Below, in pieces: positions 43,669-56,080 of a stretch of DNA of 64,000 nt. Each line of letters begins with the position of its first letter. Positions within the stretch are counted from its first letter, which is position 1. Origin of the DNA: Octopus vulgaris (Eukaryota); contig OX597831.1 of the NCBI GenBank assembly GCA_951406725.2, positions 60,016,001-60,080,000 on the forward strand, read 5' to 3'. The notes beneath the pieces were generated by a model. The model was not told where the DNA came from and searched no databases. It was given only the letters and a program-made list of their open reading frames with translations. The position numbers and the translations under genes were made by a program.

Positions 43669-45199
43669 CAATGAAAACGGATTTTGACGAACGCACCGAG
43701 AGACGGAAAACGATTTTAGATTAACTGGAGATAACATATAATAAACGTAGCTGGAAGTCTTTTCAAAATGGCGATAGATTACTTTCCAATCCAATCCTGG
43801 AAGTTCAGCCGATATAATCTAAATTGCAGTTTGATGAAACAATCGTGTTAGGGAATAGTTTTAATTATAAATCGATTGAATCGTTGAATTTCATTGTTAT
43901 CTAATATAGTTTAAAGTGATCCTACCGTCCTGATAATATGGTAGATGAAGCAGTGTAGAGAAAATTTAGTTGGCAGTAGCGGAATTATTCTCATCTTTAC
44001 TTACTTTATCAACGGTGATCTCGTTTGTAAAACAATCCAGCATCAGTAACTTAGATTAAGACTTTCTTTCTGCATTTAGTTTTCTGTTTTAAATCCTCAA
44101 TGTTTTTGAAAATATGCATTTGATCAAACCCCTTATGTAATACAGCTAGCATTAGGCAAGTTCCCGTATAATGTCAATATGTTCAGCACCTCTATTCATC
44201 TTCTTATGTGTTTAAAAGCGGCAAACTATGGGGTTGTTAATTACAAGACTTTGATGTATGAAAGCAATCGGGCTTATCACATCTGAGATTGATTGACATG
44301 GATTTCTAAGAATTCTCTTGTGTATCATTCCATACTAGTTTTATTTGCTAGGCAACACCCCAGTCTTCAAATATGCGGTCATTATGCAATACAGGGAAAC
44401 AACTGGGTGTACACGTGATTCTGATGATGATAACAAAATCTGTGATGATGATGATGATGATGATGATGCTCACGCTGATGTTGATGTCGGTGATGATCGT
44501 CATCAAGAAGGTGGCGTTGCGGCTATTCCTTCTGATGATGATCGTGATGGGCTTTTAAGCGCGAGCGTGATGCAGAGAATAATGTTGGTGATGTTGATAG
44601 TCTGTTATCAACATCCTTTGTGATATAATCAACTTTATCTCCATCACCATCATATCAGCACACTGCCGCATTCATCATTATTATCTGCAGCATTTTCGTT
44701 TTCGTCGTCCTCTTTATTATCATCTGCATTTCTTTAAAATCCTCGACAGAATTTTTTTTAAAGAAATGCGCAATGACAACAGCGTCAGGAATTTTATTAA
44801 ATAATCTCCCATTACAACTACAGAATATTTTATTTCACTTAGTCTATCACTCTTCAGTGATTCACCATATACCGAGAGGATTTTTTGTCGTCAATACCAA
44901 AATATTAAGGAAAAGAAATAAACATATATTCTTGTGTACAAGGAGAAAAAGAACATAATAATAACCATTAAATTATTTTTATTTGCCTCATTAAGATAAG
45001 AAAACAAAGAACAATTCATATTTCTTACAAAACATTCATAAGATATAGTGTCAAATATATTGAATGGAAAGGGAATGGTAAAGACAGTTGAACTGCGATT
45101 TCCATTTAGAATACTGTCGATTTTGCTATACTAACGAAGCTAAAGCACTGTGAGTGAAGCCGGTTGGTACGGATAACCCATAAATTCTGCTGTGAATGC

Positions 45200-45340
45200 G
45201 CTCTAAGTTTTAAAATTTCTAGCTCCCTTCCGCTGTTTAAAGCAGTGCTTCGAAGGAACGTGTGCAGTGTGTGATCGCCGCATTGGCTGTGACAGAGGAA
45301 ATTGAGTAGAGAATCTGCATCAAATTTTACCAAAAGCTAC
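45200..45340 (+). mobile_element. Mariner 5' end fragment
   Basis: TEEIE*RICIKF resembles the mariner N-terminal QR..IKF motif. Homologous to 45750-45813 in reverse. Confidence 0.55.
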
Positions 45341-45372
45341 ATGATACCTACTTAGAAGCCTACGGAAAGTTT

Positions 45373-45940
45373 TCAAAAAGTTTCAGCGTTCTCGACACAA
45401 TCAAAGAGATTTTGTGCAACTGAAACTCGAGTGTCTTTCTGGTCAACTGAACGTAGTTTTGACACCAACTTGGCAGACACGGGTCTCATACCCACGTCTT
45501 CAGTGATAATGTGTTGCAAAGAAGCGTAACTAATCTGCACATACTCTGATAACTCACAGATATTTATTCGACGATCTCCCCTGACATCTGCACGCACATC
45601 AGCCATGTTTTTCTCAGATTTGCTGCTTGCTTGTCTCGTTCGTCAATATTCACATTTTTTCGGATATTTTGGAAGCATCTGAACTAATCGTACACTTATG
45701 TGTACGAGTACACTGCAACTTTATGCAGGCCGCTGAACCGTAATCGCCTTGACAAATTTCTCTGTCATGGTCAAATTGACGATCACACGCCGCACACCTT
45801 CCTTCAAAGCACTATTGTAAACATTAAACCTTAGTGCACATACGCAATAGTGTTCAAGGTCAATATTTGCCGAACGGCTTTATTCTGCGTGCTATAGCTT
45901 CGTTAATATAGCAACAGTCCAGATATTTTTAATGAGGCCG
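45373..45940 (-). mobile_element. Mariner 5' half (HTH region)
   Basis: DRRINICELSEYVQISYASLQHIITEDVGMRPVSAKLVSKL matches the mariner HTH and W(V)P linker region. Confidence 0.8.
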
Positions 45941-46097
45941 CACACATACACACACGCACACACATATATCACCAATAATAAAAAGGTAAAATTAATTAAT
46001 TAATTAACTAAATAATCAATTAATTAATTTATAATTAATACTTTTACTAAGTAGTTCAATCAGTTAAGATAACCTTTTTAGGTAAAATTATACAAAT

Positions 46098-46618
46098 ATT
46101 CTATAATTATAAACCTAATTATAATCAGGGGTCATCGAATTGCTTCACCAGGAACCTAATTAAGAAAAGGAGTTAAATACATTTTTCGCTACCATAAATA
46201 TCTCCCAGACAGTAACACACTTTTTATCGTAGGCAAAGAAAAAAAATAACGAATCCACACGACTCAGATTAGCTACATACGCGTTTCGGGATTAAATTAA
46301 AGTTATATTTACTTACTTATTTCCCATCTTAAGGGCAGCAGTTCAAATATGAATTTGAGAGTGTTATAATTAGATATATACGCAATCAAGTTTCATTGCA
46401 TAACTGATATTTAACCAACACTTCCGAAAATATACAGCCGAATGTGAACACGTATTTATCATCAAATACCCGCATGAGTTACGAGTAATCCCGCTGTGTT
46501 ACTGTCTGGGAGATATTTATGGTAGCGGAAAAGGTATTTTAACTCCTATTTCTAAATTTGGTGCCTGGCGAAGCAATTAGCTAACACCTGATTATAATTA
46601 TGTTTATAATTATAGAAT
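46098..46618. mobile_element. Penelope-like inverted terminal structure (~122-bp arms) enclosing a decayed hammerhead
   Basis: 46098-46219 is the imperfect reverse complement of 46495-46618. The minus-strand spacer has CTTAAGA-TGGGA..TCCC-GAAACGCGTA at 46272-46339. Confidence 0.6.
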
Positions 46619-46636
46619 GCGCATCCAGGCTCAGCA

Positions 46637-46846
46637 GTTACGTAGGAAGTCGGGGATAAGAAACAAGAAAGAGTGAGACAAAGTCGAGGCCAAAGAGTAC
46701 AACAGGGGTCGCCACCTCCGGAGCCTCGTGGATCTTTAGGTATTTTCGCTCAGTAAACACACACAACGCCCGGTCTGGGAATCGAAACCGCGATCCTCCT
46801 ACCGAGAGTCCGCTGCCATTGGCCCATTGCGCCATTGCGCCTCCAC
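46637..46846 (-). mobile_element. tRNA-derived SINE family D
   Basis: Head gtggaggcgcaatggc..., with B-box-like ggtttcgattccc. Confidence 0.7.
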
Positions 46847-47162
46847 TACTGTTGATGCTGCTGTCACTGATTTTTATTATTTTCTTTTTTCCTTTCTGTA
46901 GAAAGCTAATTTTCTTTTCAGTGCATCAACAAGCCTTGAGTACCATATATCATTTTAAAGTAAAAATTGAGGGGCATGTTTGCTAAAGAAAATCCTAAGT
47001 TATATCTTAAGGGCTACAGATGGAGCAAAAATAACAAGCTCCCTAATGTCCTAGTTGATTTAACCATAAAACGGTAACAAAACTTTCATTATTATAAATT
47101 TGTGTAAGAACAGAGATAACAAAATTGTGGGAGCGATGTACAATGCTTGTCGATAGAGGAAC

Positions 47163-47260
<98 letters not shown>

Positions 47261-48296
47261 CAACAACAACAAAAAGAAGAAAAAGAAGAAGATATGAATA
47301 GTGTTTACTGGCAGGAATTATTATTAATAGAAAAAACCTTTTATTAGCAAAACTATAAAAAAGAAGTTGATGCTAAAAATTTGACGAAGTGATGAGCATT
47401 ATGAAGCAAATACATGAATTAGAAATAGAAGAAATAATTACAGATGTATTTTATCATACCACGTTTTCTATAGAATCTCTTAGAATTTTCACTGATTGTT
47501 CTCAACTGATAATAACATTATGATGGATCAAAGAATATTTATAACATACTTTTCATTTTTCTTAGTTATATCTGTGTATATTGCATAAAAGCTTGAAAAA
47601 GTAACGCGGTCTAATGTTAAACACACTTATTTATTTACTATTCATATATATTAATCACGCGTATATGTTAAATAAATAATTATTTCTAGAGATTATCTAC
47701 GGACACAGATTGTGTCGTTTGGATCTTTATTTATGCAGTGCTATTGTATAGTTACGCATTCTCTGCTTTCACCTTAAGCGACCATCAAATCATTAGTATA
47801 CGCATTTAGGTTGTGTGTTTGATAGATTACAGGGATGCTTATGAATGGCATTCCATAATATCTTAAAGCTAAACTGCCAAAATATGTTTATCTGGATTTT
47901 GAAGCACCCTTTCAAAATACATCTATCTACACACTTCACTTTTTTATAGGTTATATTTTACTTAAAAGCGACTTCACTATATTAAAATCAGCCTTTAATG
48001 AAACATATCTTGCACTGACAGATGCTGATAATGAGTAAAATCCAAGACATGACTCATAATATAGGAAATTGTATACAGCCACTATCATAACAATGGAATT
48101 AAATAAGAAGTTGTAGCCTGTACTTGCGGGAAAGTTACCAAAAATATCGCTAATTACTACTACATAAATAAATAAATGTGTGGCTCTGATGTGCAGTGTT
48201 CTGATCATATACGTAACACAATAAATTATTTTTTTCTCGTGAACGATTTCGAATTATTGCTAACTAGGCAGGAAATTGGCCCGGTGGCACGTAAAA

Positions 48297-49190
48297 ATTT
48301 CCAACCATTTTCCCCAGAAATTGGCGAAACCCCGGAACTTTATATGGAATCCTCGGAACTTTCCAGGACATTTCCGACAAATTTTCCTGGAAATTGGGGA
48401 ATCCCCGGAATTTCCATGAAATCATCGGAACTTTCCAGGATCTTTCCGACCAATTTTACAGCAAATTGGGGTTCCCCCGGAAATTTCAATGAAATCCTCG
48501 GAACTTTCCATGAAACCCTCGGAAATTCCCAGAAAAGTTCCGACCAATTCTCCAGGAAATTTGGAAATCTCCGGAACTTTCCATTAAATCTGCGGAACTT
48601 TCCGACCAATTTTTATATGTAATTGGGGAATCTCCGGAACTTTCTTTGAAATCCTAGGAACTTTCCGACCAATTTTCTAGGAAAATGGGTAATCACCGGA
48701 GCATGCCATGGAATCCTCGGAAATTTCCAGGATCTTTCCGAACAATTTTCTAGGATATTGGGGAAACCTCGGAATTTTCCATGAAATCCTCAGAACTTTC
48801 CAGGGTGTGTCAACCAATTTCCCTTTGAATCGGCAAATCCCCTGATCTTTCCATAAAATCCTCGGAACTTTCCCGGGTATTTCGGACCAATTTTCCAGGA
48901 ATATGGGAAATCTTGGAACTTTCCATGAAATCCTAGGAACATTTCGACCAATTCTCAAGGAAAATGGGAAATCACCGTAACTTTCCTAAAAAAGCTCGGA
49001 TATTTCCTGGAGATTTTCGACCAATTTTCAAAGAAAATGGGAAATCACCGGAACTTTCCATGAAAGCATCGGAACTTACCAGGAACTTTCCAGCAGGTTT
49101 CCCAGAAAATTGGAGAATCCCCGGAACTTTCCAGGAAATCATCAGAACTTGCCATGATTTACTCGGAACTTTCCAGGAACTTTCCGACCA
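48297..49190. repeat. Modular minisatellite of ~12 units; basic period 73 bp with ~62- and ~94-bp variants
   Basis: Approximate consensus TTTCCGACCAATTTTCCAGGAAATTGGGGAATCCCCGGAACTTTCCATGAAATCCTCGGAACTTTCCAGGAAC. Confidence 0.92.
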
Positions 49191-49259
49191 TAGTGGGAGT
49201 GAACTGAGTACCAAGTGTTTTAGCACCAAGTTTGTTACCACACAGCCACACCTGCACCT
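49187..49259 (-). mobile_element. SINE family A tRNA-like head, diverged
   Basis: ttaccacacagccacacctgcacc matches the family 5' end. Confidence 0.6.
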
Positions 49260-49666
49260 GTGTGTGTGCGTGTGTGTGTGTGGATGGGTATATCGGTATG
49301 TGTGTATGAGTTTATATATGTAAGCATGTATATATGTGTATATATATATATATATGTGTACATGTTACATGTACGTCTATAATTACATCTAGACACACCT
49401 GTTTACATATACATGTATATCTATAGAAATACTTCAGTATATATACATGTATGTTTATATTATATATATATATACATATGTGTACATATATATATATATA
49501 TTTATATATATACATATGTATATATATATATATATATTACTAGTCGCCACGATAGATCGTTAGCTACTATAGAGGAGCCTAGGTTAAAAATGTAACAGAT
49601 CTTTCTATTCCTGAGCACTGTACTAATACATCTGTTTGTTTTGTACACCACCTGTCTTCGTCTCCC

Positions 49667-50031
49667 TATATATATATGTATATATGTATATGTATATGTC
49701 TATATTTATATGTATACATATATATATGTGTGTATATGTATATATATATACATATATGTATGTATATATATGTGTATGTATATATATATGTATATGTATG
49801 CATATATATATATGTATATGTATGTATGTATATATGTATGTATATATATGTATTTATATATATATATATATGTATATATATGTGTATGTATATATATTTA
49901 TATATGTAAATATATATATATGTGTATATATGTATACATATGTGTATATATATATGTGTATATATGTATATATATATGTATATGTATGTATATATATATA
50001 TGTGTATGTATATATATGTATATCCATATAT

Positions 50032-50073
<42 letters not shown>

Positions 50074-50111
50074 CTATATATATATCTATATATATCTATA
50101 TATCTATATCT

Positions 50112-50168
<57 letters not shown>
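49667..50168. repeat. ~500-bp degenerate (TA)n/(TG)n tract, one of many in the window
   Basis: Directly visible. It produces the spurious YI-repeat ORFs. Confidence 0.95.
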
Positions 50169-50171
<3 letters not shown>

Positions 50172-50320
50172 CGCACCGGATGCTCCAAATCACATAGGCA
50201 AGTTTGAAGATTGCCTTACAAGAATAAAAATATCCTCATGAATGTAGAACCCTACCTGACCATATTTATTTTGGGTGATTTCAACGTCCCAAACGTCAAA
50301 TGACCCGAAGTTCCCATACT
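50166..50320 (+). mobile_element. CR1-type LINE APE endonuclease fragment
   Basis: YCAP..KFEDCL.. then IFILGDFNVPNVK*, matching YRPP / GDFN.P.I.W motifs. Confidence 0.65.
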
Positions 50321-50921
50321 CTCAGGAATGAATCATTGCAAGCGAGTACATGTGGAGTCCAAGTTATATCTTGATATCGCTAGTGATAACAATACTCAAA
50401 ATATATAACAGACTTGAATTGTAGGCCCTTCTCTTGCAATTTCGATCAATTGGATATTGTCCTTTCTCTTCTATAGAAGCGTACGGCTGTAGCGAAATTC
50501 ATTTTTGGACTTTCTTCTATCAAATGCATTTTTTAAAAAATGCTTCATTAATGACGGTGAACATATTGTCAATTTCCCCAAACAGGGACACAATTCAATT
50601 TTTAAACAATAACCAAAGCCCCTTCTCCAAAAGTGGGAGGGTTACAGTTTACAATTATTTAACAAATGCAACACAACAACGTTTCCCTGACGAGGAACTA
50701 ACAAACGTGATTACAATAGTCAAATAGTAATAATAATAGCAACAAACCTTTTTAATTATATCCCCATTTATGTGAAACCACTTATTCAAGTCCAAGTCAT
50801 TGATGCAATTTTATACGAATTGCTAATACACACACACATAATAAGGGTGAAAAATTTAATATTTATTTGATTAATATGAATTGAAAACCAGTGGTGTAGC
50901 ATATAATACCATAGCGGATCT

Positions 50922-51251
50922 TCTAGCAAAATGGATGACCACTGTTAATGGTTTCATCCCTGTTATATAATACTTTCACTTTAATAGTTTCAGTATTAAA
51001 GTGAATGTCTGCATTACAATAGAGATATGTTTTTGTTTCACTTTTAACACGTAATACTGAAATAGTGGAGAAGATATGATATTGCTGTGCGGTCGCCTTT
51101 GAGAAAAAGTTAAAATTTGTTTGACGATAACACTCGCCGGACCTTAAGTAAGGCATGTGTAAAATATGAATGAAATTGGTTGTGTAGTTCTCAAGTTTTA
51201 GGGAAACACACAGACAGACAGACACACATTCTCAGTTTTATATATAGAGAG
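50922..51251 (-). mobile_element. Non-autonomous Helitron-like element
   Basis: Minus strand begins TCTCTCTATATATAAAACTGAGAATGTGTGTCTGTCTGTCTG and ends at CTAG. Confidence 0.5.
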
Positions 51252-51289
51252 ATGACTTCAAAGATCCGGGGGATATTCAATAATATCGT

Positions 51290-51441
51290 AATTCAGTTCT
51301 TAACAGGTATCTATTCTATGGATCCTGAAAGGATGAAAAGCAATGTTGACCGTGACAGAATTTCAACTCAGAACGTGTGGATAAACGGAATGCCGCGGAG
51401 CATTTTGCTCCGCGTGCTAACGATTCTGACAGTTCGCCGCC
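51290..51441 (-). mobile_element. SINE family B, diverged
   Basis: gaaaggatgaaaagcaa..tcaactcagaacg..gttcgccgcc. Confidence 0.75.
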
Positions 51442-52079
51442 ATAAAACTTTAAAAAAAAAAATATTAGTTGTAGTATTTTAAGAGAAACACAATTTCATT
51501 TTTATCGGATTTGGACATTTGTTGCAATATTTTTCATTCATTTAGTTCATTGTTCTGTTATTCCATCACGAATAATGTACCACTGGATATAACGATAAGG
51601 ATTTGGACTAAAATCTGATTAAGGAAATACATGGTCTTAGTAGTTTTGAATCTCTCAAAAGGCAGTGTATATGTATACAGCGATTATATAAAATAGATCC
51701 TTGCTGTGGCAATTAATATGGCAGGAAATTCAACGGAGCTATACAGGGACAGGGTATTGTTACAGCTACAGTGAGTTTCAAGAACCCCGTGAAAGACAAT
51801 GTTTTATTACAATCTCACTATAGACGAAATGAGTAAACCTTAGAAAGTGAAATTTGTCGTCTGAACACAAAAGTGAAACAGCTCTCAAATACAGAGACTG
51901 ACTCATTTTAATTCACTCTACTCAGGAAAATAAGTAGATTGCTCTACAATTGCGATTTGCTTAACAGAAGCACATACATCTGAAATTCTATTGAAAATTC
52001 GAAACAAGCTCTAAATTATAAATCTATACCATTAGTAACTACACAAATAATATGATATCATGTGAAGCTATTTCTTATC

Positions 52080-52128
<49 letters not shown>

Positions 52129-52379
52129 GCACGCACACATACACACATGCACACACACACACACATAATAAAATAATCCTTGGCTGGAATTTATAAACAT
52201 TTAATGCAACGCTAAGCACTTTTCCAAAAATCACAAGATTCATAAGATCACAGTCGGTATTGCTGTGATGATTACACTGTATCTGTAGTGTCCGTGGGCA
52301 TCCAGTTGATCCTCATCATTGATTCATTTCTGCAGACGATGCAACATTAAGGGATGTACGTAAGAGGGATGTTAAATAA

Positions 52380-52590
52380 GGCGGTGAGCTGGCAGAATCT
52401 TTAGAGCGCCGAACGAAATGCTTAGAGGTATTTCGCCCGTCGATAATTTCTGAGCTCAAATTCCACCGAGTTGACTTTGTCTTTATCCTTTCGGGGTCGA
52501 TAAATTAAGTACCAGGGAAACGTTGGGGTCGATGAAATCGACTATTCCCCCCTCCCCCAAAAAAATTCGCGCCTTATGTTTATAGTAGAA
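52380..52590 (+). mobile_element. SINE family B (head-core-tail2)
   Basis: ggcggtgagctggcagaa head; tcctttcggggtcgataaattaagtacc core, which resembles the Meta/MESC-type central domain (from memory). Confidence 0.85.
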
Positions 52591-53363
52591 ATGACAGAGG
52601 GATATTAATCTCTTTTTACCAGTATGAATGTTAAGCGGGCAACGTGGGTATACCTATGTGTATTTGGGAGTGGGGTGGGGTGGGGTTGGAAGATTATGGA
52701 AATAGAGGAAGGAAGTGGATGGAGGTATGTGTGGTGGTGCATGTATTTTGCTATTCATTCAGCAGATGTTATACCCATCCTTATCATCTGCTTGTATGAA
52801 GAGCAAAATAAACCCCCACAACAGCACACACACACTCAGCTCCATCTCCTTATATCCACCATTCCTTCGCCTATTTTCATCATCTTCTCCTCGTTTCCAA
52901 CAAATACACGTAGAAATACCCACAGTACTTGCTTAACCATCATACTGGTAAAAATAAATAAACATCTCTCTATCGTACTTCCACTAATTTTATATTGCCT
53001 CAAGAAATGGATCAATGATGATGATCAACGGATACTACGGACTACACTGTGATTATTCCAGGAATACGGAGTCATGTGATTTGTGATCACATGCCATAAG
53101 AGTTATGTAATCTATCATATAATGACTCTTAACACTCATGCGATTTTTGGAAACGTGAGTACCGATGCAAGATTATAGTTATTATTATTAGGTCGATCCG
53201 ACATTATATCTGAACAACTTGATGCAACCCCGTAAAAGTGGGTCACTAGTCACAATTATTAGACGGTGACCGGCTTAATGGAATACGAGCTTTTTTGTAT
53301 ACTCAAAACGACTATTATAAATAAATTTTATATAAATATATAATTATATATATATATATACAA

Positions 53364-53396
<33 letters not shown>

Positions 53397-53478
53397 AATA
53401 TAAATATATGTATATATGTATGTATATACATACATACATACATACATACATACATACATACATACATACATACATACA

Positions 53479-53510
<32 letters not shown>

Positions 53511-53512
<2 letters not shown>

Positions 53513-54272
53513 AAACTTAGATAAATCTTAGATATGTTTCGACCAATGATTGGTCCAGGCCATGTCTAACTTAATAGCACCACCTGATAGGATTATTCGA
53601 ATCCTGCTTAAGTCAAGTTTTGTTTATGGTCCATTCGAGTAGTGAGTTTTTGTTGGGTGAGTTGTATCCAATTATGGGTGGCTTATCTGGTATTCCTTGA
53701 AGAAATCTATCCAGACTCCGTTTAAAGTTGATGGGATCCTGTTCCTCTTTGATCTCTTTCAGGACAATGTTAAATAGGGCAGGGTCTGTTGAGGAAAAGA
53801 AATTATGTTGTAGTGTACATGTATGCTGTGATCTTGAGTTGGGCAGGGGACGTATGGCCCGTGGTCCCAGTCTTGGCTGAACCTTGAAGCTAATGTTTGG
53901 GCAAAGTTGGCGGTATATTCTCCACATCGTACAAATGATGTACCGCTCACGGCGACGCTGGAGAGAGTAGACTTTCAAGGCTTTAAGGCGATCCCAATAA
54001 TCGAGAGTAGCCATGCCTTCAATTCGTTTAGTGAGTGCTCTCTGGGGTGATTCAATCCTCGAGATGTTTTGTCTTGTATGGGGAGACCACAGTGGGCAGC
54101 AGTATTCGAGGTGTGGCCGTACAAAGGAGGAGAAAAGCGGTATGATGACACCTTGTCCTCTGGACCGGAATGTTTTTAAGATCCAGGAACTCATCCTACG
54201 AGCTATATCGACCTTCTTGTAGATGTGTGCACTTCAACTGAGATCGTCATCAACAATTACACCCAGGTCTCT
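53511..54272 (-). mobile_element. CR1-type LINE, 5'-truncated, with ORF2 C-terminus and intact 3' end
   Basis: RDLGVIVDDDLS..RPHLEYCCPLWSPH..YWDRLKALKVYSLQRRRERY. 3' stem-loop GACCAAT-C-ATTGGTC and tandem tail TCTAAG(A/T)TTTA. Confidence 0.9.
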
Positions 54273-55073
54273 ATTTCTTTCTACTTTGTAATTCCACAGT
54301 GAGATATAAAAATGAATTACTTGTTTGTATTCGTTTCATTAATATTCATGAACCAACGAGAAGACACAATGCGGGTGATGACACTTTTGTTATTGCTATA
54401 TATATATACTTAACATAGTATTTTGTAATGTTTTTATTTAATAGTAAATTTCTTATTGCAGAAAGCTAGAAAATAAAGTCTCATACGTCAATCAACGCTT
54501 CTATAAAAATATATTTATATAAGTGTGGGTACGTGTGTATGTGTGTGTTTGTACATGCTTGAGTGTGTGTGTGTGTGTGTGCATGCGTGCGTGTGTGTGT
54601 TGGTGTGTCCGTGTGTATTTGAATTGACAAATAGACGGATGGGTGGATAGATAGATTAATGGGTGAATTATAGTTTATATTCTAAACATGTACGCTAAAA
54701 TAATTTTGAAATTTGATATTCCTGTTCTTAGTTCATTTTAGTTTAAGTAATGATATGTTCTATTAATCCTTCGATGAATTCTTTCCATGGTACTATTGTA
54801 GGAACCCATTCTGAAAGTTTTTCTGCTGTTTGATATGATCTCAACATTCACTTTAGAAATGTAATCGGACTTCTTCTGCAGCATTTTACTATTGAAAATA
54901 ATACATCACGTTCCCAGCAATTGTTATATATTCGATTAGTCAAGAAAAGCAATAACAAAAGTGTCATCACCGCATTGTGTCTTCTTGTTGGTTCATGAAT
55001 ATTAATGAAACAAATACAAACAAGTAATTCATCTTTATATCTCACTATGGAATTACAAAGTAGAAAGAAATAG
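54271..55073. repeat. Inverted duplication (54271-54397 versus 54948-55073)
   Basis: ~127-bp arms differing by 4 substitutions and 1 indel; 550-nt spacer. Confidence 0.9.
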
Positions 55074-56018
55074 CACAAACACATGTCAAACGTGATCTAG
55101 CATTTCCATTGTGAATGTATTATTCAGGTAAGAGAATGAAAATTGCATCGGTTCCATTTAATGCTTACTTGGTGTTCAACTACGGAAATTATATTTGTAC
55201 ACACACGTAGAGCACTAAAACTGATAGAATCTCTTGTATAATTGGATAAGGGTATTGCGATAATAATTCCATTGGCTACTTAGAATTTGTGTAAAGAATA
55301 TATCATTTGATTTCTAGCGTAGGGAAAAGGAACTAAATAAAACTGTGGACATTTCATGTTTTCATCGAAATTGACTTCAGATGATTGTAGTTTTCTTTTG
55401 CAGAAAATCTTTAAACTTACCATATTAGTGTATATAACGGTCCATTATTAGCTTTCCTGCATCGAACAGCAGTTCTCTCGAATTTCATTTCTTTTTCGCT
55501 TCAGAAACTATGTTTACCTACCATGCATACATCCATGAATTTTTTAGGGGTAATGAAAGCCAACAAGCTCAGAAAATATTGGAAGACAAAGTAAACGGAT
55601 TATAAGTTAATTTTCTATGCTTTGTTATTTTTGTTTAGTGAGACATTGTACGTGAATGATCAAATTCTTATATGTGCGACAGCTTCTGTTGATTTACACA
55701 CGCACACACACACACGTATGTGTGAGAGTGCATGGTCCCGTGTTTACGGTGCTGAACTCACGATCGCGATATCGTCATTTCAATTCCTAGTCCGGGTGGT
55801 GTGTCGTGTTCTTCAGTAAAACACATAATCTCAGCCTGCTCCGCGATCCCTTCCAAACTTGACACATGGCAGAAAGACCACGTGTTGAGAAAACGTGTAC
55901 TTTTACAGACTGTGAGTTTATGTGCAGTACGAACATTTCATCATTAAAACAATTCATTTGTGCAAGCTGTTTAGCAAAATACTGGACGCTTATTCGTTGT
56001 TTTCGACAGGAGGGTCCA

Positions 56019-56080
<62 letters not shown>

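Noticed and set aside
48176-49323. ORFs on both strands across the 73-bp array, and a possible CRISPR-like array
   Set aside because: Unit lengths shift frame and the ORFs are fragmentary. There are no unique spacers or cas genes, and the context is eukaryotic.
49636-50241. Long ORFs rich in YI/IY, poly-I, poly-L, poly-N or poly-S across the window
   Set aside because: They are translations of (TA)n, (TAA)n and (TAG)n microsatellites.
53070-53135. Small hairpins as possible pre-miRNAs
   Set aside because: Stems are only 8-10 bp, and no known mature miRNA was recognised anywhere in the window.
53530-53565. Stem followed by GAAAC on the minus strand, as a possible hammerhead
   Set aside because: There is no CUGANGA box. 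It is better explained as the CR1 3' UTR stem-loop.
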